From Phoronis australis (taxonomy: Eukaryota; Animalia; Phoronida): 64,000 nucleotides of DNA. The position numbers and the translations under genes were made by a program. The notes below the pieces were generated by a model that was given only the letters and a program-made list of their open reading frames with translations, was not told the DNA's origin and made no database searches. Shown in pieces: positions 51,136 through 62,765 of the stretch; position 1 is the first letter of the stretch, and every line of letters starts with the position of its first letter. The stretch is from positions 1,535,236 through 1,599,235 of the forward strand of contig NMRA01000005.1 in assembly GCA_002633005.1 (NCBI GenBank). Direction: 5' to 3'.

Positions 51136-53534
51136 AAAAATTTTATTTTGTCGGTTGTTTGTAAAATACACGTTTTGTCTATTTACAAGCCATACGCATA
51201 CCCCAACGATGTGCTGCGACCCACGGATAACCAAAACAGGAGAAGGATTTAGAATGAAAATTATGATGGTAACCTAACGTTGGTTGCGTTTCATACTGCA
51301 TTAATAGAAGTAACTGCAGTTCGATACTTTGGAGGTTGTCAAGTCCAAACACCCATAACACGAGAAATGAAATTGTTTTTAAAAATGCCCTATCAGGCCT
51401 AAGGTTGACGATTCCGACAGACAAGAAAGTTTGTTTGTCCGAAATAAGGCCACGAAACCGGAAGCCGGTTATTCAAAGTCAACGACAGCGAAGCAGCAAA
51501 ATTTTAGTGGCGGTAAAACAAAGTTTTAATTGTAAAGGTAAAAAAAAATCTGAAGTTGCACCTTTCGTGAGGGCGCGCCATGAGATGCTGTCTTACACAG
51601 TACACGAAGGACGATAGAGGTATGAAACTTTCGTTATTGATAACATTTTGTCTGGCTGATACTTGCAGTTACCTTTTGTCTACCTGTGTCAAGTTTGTGG
51701 TGTCCAAATCATTGTAACAGCGTTTAAGTGCTGTCGAACATTGTTTGGATCCTTTCGAGAGGAGGAACTGGTACTTCCAAAAAGTAGTTTCAAACAGGAA
51801 CGTGCATACAAATCTCTGAACATTTTGCTTACTGTTTACTGTATGTAAATGAAAGTTCGAAATTTTAGCTTTCAAACTAATGGACTTTCGGCCCAGTTTG
51901 GACCTTTGAATTTATAGAATTTTGGACTTTCAAACCTTCGGAAAAATGAATTAGTGATTTCATACCATCTGCTCACACTCTTTCTCACTTGTACTTTTCA
52001 ATTCAGATCATAAGGTTTCATTGCTCCTAATGAGGTGACTTTGTTTGACATCATTGTAGGCTTTTAAGGAATTGACCTAATTTCGTCAAACCACTGGACA
52101 TTGGCAGACCAGTATACCATTATTATGCCGGATCTGATGTCCCGAGCAGTGAGAGTGTACCAAAGGTGCCGCTGGACCACTCACAGGAATGAAATCAAAG
52201 TCAAAAGGTACATGTATGGTGCCGTTCACCCCTAAATATCCTGGAAGTTAAATGCTTCCGACTGTCTGTGTGTTCTACGAGTCATCAAAAACTGTACAGA
52301 AGCCTTGTTTGATTTGGAAAAGTCAAGTCATTCAGGCATCTATTTTTATTCATATGCATTGTATTACATCTAGTTTCAGGGCACAGTCCCTCAAAAACCG
52401 TAAAATTTAGCAAAAGACAAAGCCACATTAATGGTAAAACAATGATATCAATAACAAGATCGAATTTCATTTCATGAAAGTGTTCCAGAAGTGACCTCAG
52501 AACTCGATTAACGTTCTAAAATATGCTCTTCATTTTTGTTTTGTGAACTGTCTTTAAATCACAGTATTTGGAGGTGTTACATGATTAAGAACAGCTATTT
52601 ATGAGATATAAACGTTCAAAGTTAGAGAAATATAGACGTTTGTTCACGGGTCTTATAGGATCTGAGCAAGCAGGACACTGACCTTACCACCACTGGCACA
52701 GAACAAAAGATGTCGCTGAACCACCAACTCAAAATGATACCATAATCGGAAACGTAAAAATCCCTTAAGTTGCACTCCCCCTTAGGCTGCATCATGAGAT
52801 AGTGACCTAAAAGATACATGAAGGACGATAGAGGTGTGTAACTATCGTTATGGACAACATTTTGGTCTGACTGACACTTGTGACAACTTTGTGGTGTCTT
52901 GGTCATTGTAATTAACAGTCTAAAGTGATAATGGTATTTTACTTGTACTCTGGCTTTTACTCAAGTTTTAGTGTTTGGTTCGTGATGACGCACATGTACT
53001 TTAAATGGATACACCTCTCCATGCACCAAATCTATCACCATTCGCTTTCACTTGTGGTTTGTTATTTGTCTTGCTGGTACATTCGTGTTGACGATAAAAC
53101 TCCTTCTAATTTCGACTAAAATTAGCACTAACATACTAACACATACCCTAACACACTGAAAACAGCATGACTGAATCCAAATGACGATCCTGTGTGCATG
53201 CTGAATGCTGTTAACTGAGTTCCTCTGCAGATGCCATAACCAGGTGGAGCTGAGCAGTGGTTCCCTTGATCGATTAAACCCGTGGCATGGAGAAGGATTT
53301 TTCAATTACATTGATTATTCAAGTATCAAATGGAAAACAACAATTGATTTCTCAATTTATGTAATATAGATTATTACACGATAGAGAAATTTCACTGAAT
53401 TAAAATATCGTTTTTATGGAAACTATGCGTCTTATTTTTCATAGCGTATAATTGTCGGTGCAATGCCCTTTGCTGAACATGCGATTGTTGCGCGTGCTCA
53501 TTTAAGTATTCTATTTTCACGTTTGATGATGTCA

Positions 53535-53606
53535 GCCGCTGATTAGTGTAGTGGTAAAGTCGACGACTCGCAACTGTTGAGGCCCGGGTTCGAATCTGGC
53601 CTCGGT
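53535..53606 (+). other. Degenerate tRNA-like sequence (SINE head or tRNA pseudogene) inside a ~330-bp insertion (~53363-53690)
   Basis: TAGTGTAGTGGTAA (A box) and GGGTTCGAATC (B box); loop CTCGCAA; acceptor stem has mismatches. Confidence 0.5.
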
Positions 53607-56600
53607 ATCCCGCTAAAATGTTATGGCACTAGTGAGATAACTTTATGGGTTATTACACGGTTGTATCTGCCATTCGAGGCTAATATTGTGGTATAAATTT
53701 TATTATTCCACGGTTTGTTTATTTACTTGCTATACTCACACAACAACGATATGTTGCGACCCCTGGATTACCAAGACGGGAGGAGGAGAATGGAAGAAGA
53801 AGAATGACAAACGAAGACTAAAATTAAGAATGTAATATAATTTTGCTTGCGATTCATACTGAATTGGTATAAATAGGGTAGGGCTGTATACTATGAAGGT
53901 TCACAAGTCTAAAGGCAAATCATCTGACAATTGAATATATTTCTAAAAGATCCCTTTAACCCCGAGGGTTCACAAATCCAACAGAAAGAAAAGAAAGTTA
54001 GTTCGAAACTAGTCCGAAGGTGTATTATACCTGAAACCTGTGATTTATCCATCGACAGGAAGCATCAAGATTGTAGTGGTGGTAAACAAATATTTGAAAA
54101 TGTAAATAAATGCAACATCTCTGCACATTGCCGAATATTGTTTTGATCCCTCCGACAGGCTCTCAGAGTTCCATAAAGTAGTTTCAAATAGGCACGTGCA
54201 TATAAATACCCGAACCTTCTTCTCCAAACAACTTTTCAAAATCTTGATACATGAAAGTTTTAACTTTTAGCTTCGGACTGGTGCGGACCTTCGAATTTAT
54301 AGATTTTTGGAGTTTAAGCTTTCAGACCAATGAAAACCTTGAATTCATACCTTCTGCTCACACTCTTTCTCACTCGTAGATTTCAATTCAGATCATATGA
54401 TTTCATTGCCTCCAAGGGGTTGACTTCGTCTGAATTTTATTGTAGGTTTTAAGAGACTTCGCCAAATTTCTTCGAACCACTGGACTGACTAATATACCAC
54501 TGGCATGCTGCATGCGAGATTTGACGTCGCGAACAGTGGGATGAAATCACAGGACCACTTACACGAATGACACCATAGCCAAAAAGTATGGTGCCATTAA
54601 GCTGTAAACATCCTAGAAGTTACATGCTTTGACCGTACGTGCATTCTAGGACCCTTCAATTCACACCTGGTTTCAGGGCACAATAAATTATTTCTCAAAA
54701 ACCGTAAAACTAAGCTTAGGACAAAAAACACATTAATGGTAAAACAATAGTATCAATAAAAAGATCGAATTTTATTAAATGAAGGTGTTCCAGAAGTCAT
54801 CTCAGAACTCTGTTAAAGTTGTTAAATATGCTCTTATCATTTGCGTTTTCTGAACGGTGTTTAAATCATAGTATTTGAAAGTTTTACATCAATGTGAACT
54901 GTTATTTCTGAGATACAAACGTTAGAGAAATGTAGACGTTCTTTTCTAGGGTCTTACAGGCTTCGAACAACAAAGACCATGGCCTTGCCACCACTGGCAG
55001 TGAACCAAAGATGTTGCTGAACCACGAACACAAAACAACACCAGAGTGGAAAAGATAAAAACGACTCGCAAGCTGCTTCTTCCGCGAGGGCGCGCGCCAT
55101 GAGTTGCTGTCTTACCGATTCATGAAAGACGACAGCGGTGTATAGCTTTTGTTATTTATAATGTTTTAGTCTGGGTGGCACTTGCAGTTACAGTTCTCCA
55201 CCTATGACAATTGTGTGGTGTCCGGGTCGCGTCGTTGTAAAATGTTTAAGTTTTGGCTGTAATTTACTTGTACTCTGGGTTGTACTCAGGTTTTAGTGTT
55301 TGGTTCGTGATGACGCACATGTACTTTAAATGGATACACCTCTCCATCCACCAAATCTATCACCATTCGCTTGCACTACACGTTTGTTAATTGTCTTGCT
55401 CGTGTATTCGCATTGACGCTGATGCTCTTTCTAATCCCGACTAACAATTACACTAACCTACTGACACAAGCCACAACGTACCCAGAAAGACAGCATGACT
55501 AAATCCAAATAACGTGAAAGGTCACAATAATTTTGTTAATACATATTTTTTTGTCTGTTGACTCGCCATACCCACGCAACAGCGATACGCTGCAACCCAC
55601 TGATAACCAAAACGGAAGAAGAAGCATGGACAAGAAGAGAATTCATAACCGAATACTAAAGCTAAGAAGGAAACCTAATATTGCTTGCGAATCATAATGC
55701 ATTCGTATAAATAGGATAGAGCTCGATACTCCGAGGGTGTACAAGTTAGAAGGCAAATTATGCGACAAATGAAAACGTTTTCAAAAGGACCTTGAGTCCG
55801 AAGGTTCACAAATCCAACAAAAAGAAGGTCTAGTTGAAGCTATTGACGAGGTCCAAAATTTGATAATGTAACTAAATGTAGCAGCTCAGTAAGCATTGAC
55901 GAAATTTGTTTGGATCCCATTGAGGAGCACTGGCTCTTCGAATCACTTATTTCAAACGGCACGGTATAGAAACTAACTCCAATTTTTTTCACGAAACCAC
56001 TTTTCAGAACCTCGTGTCCTGAAAGATCGAACGTTTACTTTTGAAAATGATAAGCTTTATTCGGACAGTGGATATTAAGAGTTATGGATTCTTGGTCTAG
56101 CTAACCTTGAAACTGAGGAATACCGTTATTTCATACCTTCGGCCCAAACACCTTCTCACTTGTAGATTCCAATTCAGGTCGTATTGCTTTATCACTTTCA
56201 AGGGGTTCATTTTTAGCGACTTGTCCCAGTGCCCCAACAACCGGACTTTGGCTGACTAATATACAATCCACGTGTGGTAACTGAAGTTGCCAGCAGTAAC
56301 AATATATCAAATGTTTTGCAGGACCACTATGACGAAAGACATCAGAGTCAAACGGTGTGGTGCAGTTCATCTGTAAACGTCCTGGACGTGTGTACTCCTA
56401 TGTGCAACTTGTTTGCTTCGAATAAATGAAGTGAAAATTCTATTCGCTACTCATTCAGGCACTGTCTTTATTCATGTACACTGTTTATACCTGGTTCCAG
56501 GGCACAATCTCTCAAAAACTGCAAAATTTAGCAAAGGAGGAAAATAAATTATTAGTAAAACAACGGTGTCAATAACAATATCGAATTTCATTTGATAAAA

Positions 56601-59600
56601 ATATTTCAGAAGTGGTATCAGAAACACTGTTAATAATCTAAAATATGACCATTTCATTTTTGTTTTGTGAACGACGTTTAAATAATAGTATTTTAATGTT
56701 TCACATAAATCTGAAGAGCTATTTCTGAGAAGTGTACTTAACACTTCTTCTAGGGTCATACAGGATCTGAACAAGCAGGATCCACCACTGGCAACAAACC
56801 AAACATGTCGCTGAGCCACTAACACAAAAAGACATCAGAGTCAGAAAGGTAACAGAAGCCCGGAAGTTGCCTCTTGCGTCAGGCCACATGCCATGAGGTG
56901 CTGTCTTACTCGATGCATGAAGCACGATAGGGGTAACTGTTGTTATTGATAAGACTTTGGTATTCACCGGTTACCACTGTTTGGTGTCCATTTACGTTGT
57001 AATAGACTTCAAGTGTTGCCTTTATTTTAGTTGTACCCTTGGTTCTACTCATGTATTAATGCTTGGGCCGTGATGACGCACATTAACTGTAATGAATAGA
57101 TCTGCCTATTTGTCAGTTGTATTTACAATTCGCTTGGACTAGACGTTTGTTATTTTTCTTGCTTGTACTTTCGCGTTGACGCTAACGCACTTTCTAATCC
57201 CGCCCAATAATTACCCTAACATACCAGGAAAGGCGGCATGAATTAATCCAAAGGACGTTCAAGGTCACAAAGTACGTGCTGAATGGTGTTATTTGATTTC
57301 CTCTGGAGATGCCACAACCAGATGGAGATGAACAATGGTTCCCATGACCGATTTCTATCGGCGTAGAGACAAGGATTTTTCAATTGATCTCCGAGTGGCA
57401 AATTGAAAACTGTTGATTTGTTGATTGTTTGAAAAGTTCATTAATACAGGTTGTTGTCTATTTACGCGGTATAACCGTACCCCAACGATACCCTGTGAAC
57501 CTCGGATAACCAAAACGGATGACGAAGGATTTAAGACGAAAATTATGTGGGTGAACTAACGTTGTTTCCGTTTAATGCCACTATATATTTTGGATGCAGC
57601 CCGGCACTGTGAAGGTTCTCAAGTCCTGACACCCAGTGATACGGAAAATGAAATGTTTTTAAAAAGACCCTATTTGGCCAAGTGTTCACATCTCCGACAG
57701 AAAAGAAAGCTAGTTAGATCAAAACTGGTTTCAAGATTTATGATACCAGAAACCTCAACAGCAGCGGAACAGCAAAATTTTAGTGGCGGTAACCACTTTG
57801 TTTGCCTTCTTGCCAGAGGCACAGGCTCTTCTAAGAACTAGTGTCAAACAGGCTTGTGCTTCCAAATTACCGAATATTTTGCTCGAAATTGCCGTTTGGA
57901 ACCTCGTGTCATGAAAGTTTGAACTTTTTGCATTCGAACTAATGGGGTTTAGGACTTGTGTTGATCTTCGAATTTGAAGACTTAAAAACCGTGAGTTTAT
58001 ACCTTAGGTCATACCTTTCCTAATTTCTAGTTTTCATTTGAGGACATATAGGTTTTACTGCTTCGGAGGGGGTGATTTCCTTTTAACCTCATTGTAGATT
58101 TTTAGCTACTTGGCCTTTCGTCGATCCACTGGACTTTGGCTGACTAGTATACCGTTAGCATGCAGGATCTGACGTTGAGAACAGTGACATGGTACGAAAT
58201 GTGCTGCAGTACCACTTACACTAATGACACCAGAGACAAAAGGTATGGTGCTGCTAAGCTGTAAATCTCCTGTAAGTTACTTGTTTCGACTGCATGCGAG
58301 TTTGTTTAACATAGAAAAGTAAAGTGAAACATCTACTCGCCAGTCATTCAGGCATCTCTTTTTTCATTTACACTCTTTCTCACCTGGTTTCAGCTCATAT
58401 TCTCTCAAAAATCATAGTATTTAGCAAAAGACAGAGCTCATTGATAGTAAAACAGCGGTCACAATAACAAGGTCGAATTTACTTAAATGCTAAATTTTCC
58501 AGAAGTGATCTAGGAAAAACTCTTCATGTTCTAAAATATGAGCACTTCATTTTCGTTTTGTGAACTTCGTTTATATATTGGTATTTCAATGTTTTACATA
58601 AATGTAAACAGCTATTTCTGAGATGAATTTAAATATTCAAACTGTGAGAGAAATATACAGACTTTTTTAGGATCATACAGGACCTGAACAAGCAGCACCC
58701 TGACCTCGCTACCACTGGAAGAGAACCTAAGATGTCGCCGATAACCGACACAAAATAAAACCGGAGACGAAAAGGTAAAAAAGACCCGTAATTTGCACTT
58801 CCGTGAGAGCGCACGCTGTGAGATGCTGTCTTTCCAGATACATGAAGGACGATAGTGCTGATTAAATTATGTTATTGATAACATTTGGGTCTTGCATTTA
58901 CAGCTCTCCACCGGTGACAACTGTGTGGTTTCCAGATTATTGTAATAGTTCTTAAGGGTTGACTGTAGTTTTGTTGTACTCTGGGTTGTACTAAAGTATT
59001 AGTGTTTGGATGTGATGACGCACATGTACTTCAAATGAATGGATCTCTATGCATCCATCAAATCTATTACACTAGACATTTGTTGCAGGTCTTGGTGGTA
59101 CAATTTTGCAGACGCTAACGCTCTTTCTAAACCCGACTGACAATTGCACTAATACACTAATACAAGCCCTAACATACTAAAACAACGGCATGACTGAACC
59201 CAAATTACGTTCAAGACCCCAAAATGCATGCTGAATGGTGTTAATTGAATTCCTTTGCAGATTTCAGAAGCAGAAGCAGTATTGAAAATAATTGATTTGT
59301 CGACTGTTTGTAAATTTTCTTAATACACGTTTTTATCTATTTACACGTCATACCCATACCCACGATACGTTGGGACCTACGGATATCCAAAACGAAAGAA
59401 GTAAAGTAACGTTGCTTACGTTTCATAGTGCATTAGTATATATAAGACACATCGATACTCTGAAGGTTCTCAAGTGTTATAACGCCTATAATACAACAAA
59501 TTGGAATTTTTTGAAAAGGTCCTGTGAAGCCAAAGGTTCACAAATCCGACTGAAAGGAATGCTAGTTAGTTCGACAATCTATGATACCAGAAATTAGTGA

Positions 59601-60100
59601 TGCAAAGTCATTGACAGGGGATCAGCACACTTTTAGTACCAGGAAACTAAAAATGTAAATAAAAGCAACAGCTCAGTGACCATTGCCAAACTTTTTGGAT
59701 CCTTTCGAGATGCTTTGGCTCTTCCATGAAGTAATTTCAAACAGGACATGGATGGACTTAGATCACTTTTGAATGACTATTTAATCGTCTGTGTAGTATC
59801 TCCTGCATATATCAATCATAATATGTATGACCATGGTCTTTTTCTGTTCTTGCTCTCAGTTGACGGTCTTTTTATACTTCTTGCAGTATGTGGACACTTT
59901 GGTTTACCACATGAACTTGAATATCACTATCAAGGAGGTACTGTTATGCATGTGTTTTAAAAGTTAATTGTTAGGTACTTCTATCAATATGGTGAACCAT
60001 TAAAGGCTGTGCAATAGATGGAACATTTGGTGATACCATATTATGGATGACTGTGACATCTCACGGTAACGGAGAAAACTATATGTTCAAGCCTTCTGAG

Positions 60101-62765
60101 CAGTGGCGGATCAACGTTTTCTGTTAGGGGGGGGGGGGNGGGTTAGGATTCCCGCCAAGGTCGAATCCGAGGCTCGACGTGCCGAGCGGGGGGAGGTCGA
60201 GAGGGGGGTTTCCCTCCACCCGTGTAAGACAATTTTTTGTTTTTGTTGCCAAACAGTGAAATTTCCATGCATCCTGGTAAGTTTCTGGCAGTTCACATGT
60301 CTCTGGAGTTTTTCTTTAGATAATTTAAAACCCTTCTCAATTTCGTCACATGAACTTTGATCAAAACGTTCGTGAAACCATTTTTGTGCACATTTCGGTA
60401 TGAGTCTCGCCACCAGCAAAAAATTTTGGTGGAACATCTGCTTACACACACCTATTTTAGCATACGAAAAGTCGTGTACGAAAAAGTGTGGTATGTATAC
60501 AGGGGTTTAGGCAACTACCAAATATTCAAGAGCATAAGGAGCACCGACGGGGCGTAAAAACTTGAATATCAGATGATCGCGTAGCAGCAGCCTCGAGTTG
60601 TTCAAGAACGAAAACCGGAGTTCGAAAATAAACATGTATTCTGTCTCGTTACGAGAAAAACCAGTAAACGATGGTGATCTCAGCTCATAGTCTATTATTA
60701 AAAGCGACAATGAACAGTTAAGTATCACTTAATTTATTAAAATGAACCACGTTGACAACAATTGAAAAACGTCAAATGTATCGGGAAGCAAATCATCTGA
60801 AAACAGTTTCACGAAACCAAAACGTTCTGTACACATGGGTGAATAGATGTACAGGACCAGTTCGCAGAGGGATCAGATGTACACTGAGAGTACACAAAAA
60901 GGTTGGCCTGGTCCGTCACGAGACCAAAAGTACACCTGTGCAAATTATCCCTATAAAAATAGTCTATCTGCCGCGGGACCAAACACTACTGGCTGAGATA
61001 AATAGTTTTAGAAAGCACACTTTGGTAAAAACATCACAACACTTTACACAAATCAAACTGGCCTGGTCCGTTGCGAGACCTAAAGTGTACTATGCAAAAA
61101 GTTTTTAATTGAAAACTTTTCTTTAGACAGTGGTTGCTCATACGTGTATTTTACACATCTGGTGGTCAACTGCTGCGAGAGGTTGTCTAGGAAGGATTTT
61201 CGCACCGTTCAGTAGTACTCACTGGAAGAAACAAGTATTGAGACCGAATTTAACAACGCACTACGTGAAATAGATTTTGGATATGAATCAGATATAGCCA
61301 AATACAAACCAGAATCAGTTTCTGTGCGCTCATAGTCCCTCTGTTGTACTGGGAAAATTTGGCGTGTCTAAATATAATTTCTATTTCGTTTTCATTGTAC
61401 ACAAGCATAAAAAAACATTATATACAAACTGTGTAGAACATTAACTTATTACCTGGGTGTTTCTCCAGAAACGTTAGTCCTATCCTTCTGTTGTCTAGAC
61501 TGCCGAGGAATCTGTATATCGGATCCAATGGTTTGCTCGTCTTGGAAACATTCTAGCCAGACATCTTCGATGTTTGTTCCCAGCGCTTGCACTTCGTCAA
61601 TTGCTGTGTCAATGAGCTTGTAAGCCTCTACAATGTCAGCATCTTGTTTCGCAGCTCAGTTGGCACTAAGCGCCCTGAGGTTGCCAAATCCAATCAAAAG
61701 ACTTACATGCGCAACTAATTTGATCCGTTCATCATGGACTACTTCAAACCTCGACGATGTATCCCAGGACCAATTTGCATCTCCTGCAATTTTCGAAATA
61801 AACGTCCCAATGTCTGAAGGCTTGAAACCCGGAGTACTAACATCAAATAAATGCCCATGGACATGGACGTTTCATCGGTTGGGCCTTTCTGCGGAAATTC
61901 CCAGTATAAAAGACGGTAGGGGTGCTTATTGCAGGTAGAAAGACGGTAGGTGTTGAGGTCGGAACTAGGGCTCCTTTGGAGGCCTATTGAACATCGCACG
62001 AGTCCTGAAAGACTTTGTTGTGAAAGTACAGCCTCCACGCAATTTCTGGTACTGTACACTGTTCGCGAATGCGGTCACTTTGTCAATGTGAGTGCCCCTT
62101 GGTCATTCCTTGTATAGACATAACTTGTTAAAGTGCATCTTCAAACGGACTCGCCACCAGACCACGGCACCCGCCACAATAGCAATTCTTCGGAAAAAGA
62201 TTTTTTTTCAAAAATATTACATGTATATATGTACACTGTATGATATTGCGCAAGACAACTTTACTATACATGTACACCAGCTAAATTCGAGTTGCAAACT
62301 TGTGGAGTGTAATAGCATAACACGGCATGACAGATGAGGTAAAAACGTTGCTCGCCAATTCACCTGAATATCAGGGTTGCGCACTACAAAATATCCCCTA
62401 ATCAAATCAAAACATATTTTAAAGTAAAGAAACTAATTTATACCTAAAACAATCAGCTATAGAGCTAATCTTTCAGCGGTATATCCATCTAAAATGCTTG
62501 GCTACTTCAGAAGTGTCGACGGAAGTGCGCGCACAATTGATCTCCGCGCGTTTTGCCGATGAGCCACGAAGACTCGAAATGCTTTGATTTTAATAACAGC
62601 AATTCACAATGCAAAAAATTATATTTTCAGAGTGAACCCCCCCTCAATTGTTTCCAAGTTGGTTTATTTGGGGTTTACACACGTTGGCTGTGCCGTTTTT
62701 TGTTTTGCTGGAGACGTTTTTGATTTTTTTCCTTTTGGGTCATGGCCCCCGTAGATCCGCCACTG
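60101..62765 (-). mobile_element. hAT DNA transposon (internally deleted) with 5-bp TSD
   Basis: TIRs CAGTGGCGGATC and GATCCGCCACTG; exact CTGAG at 60096-60100 and 62766-62770; transposase remnant on the minus strand. Confidence 0.88.
61452..61690 (-). pseudogene. hAT transposase fragment (THAP12/P52rIPK-like)
   Basis: NLRALSAN*/KQDADIVEAYKLIDTAIDEVQALGTNIEDVWLECFQDEQTIGSDIQIPRQSRQQKDRTNVSGETP fits the LSxxLQxxxxDIxxAY...PRxxxRQxxRxN pattern of this hAT group. Confidence 0.7.

Larger units (their letters stand above)
38370..59747 (+). repeat. Tandem array of ~10 diverged ~1.9-kb units derived from a degenerate TLR-type LRR ectodomain
   Basis: Anchor GAGATGCTGTCTTACCCGATACATGAAGGACGATA recurs near 38395, 42200, 45185, 48250, 49770 (partial), 51580, 52797, 55100, 56895 and 58820. 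Frame-hopping translation gives LRRNT-like LHAIP-IPNDTL..DNQ, LRR-like VELDTLKVFKS, ALSG/GSQIR, LEELV..LTNLQTFCSKSLF/NLVS, and LRRCT-like PFACT..LL.F/WIRVNANALSNP..NCT..NPNDV. The tandem repeat is certain; the LRR origin is an inference. Confidence 0.7.

Noticed and set aside
53535-53606. Functional tRNA-Ala(CGC) gene
   Set aside because: Acceptor and anticodon stems are mismatched and it sits inside a repeat insertion; treated as tRNA-derived.
38339-59597. Individual 60-160 aa ORFs within the array as real genes
   Set aside because: Frames are not conserved between units on either strand; they are fragments of a degenerate repeat.
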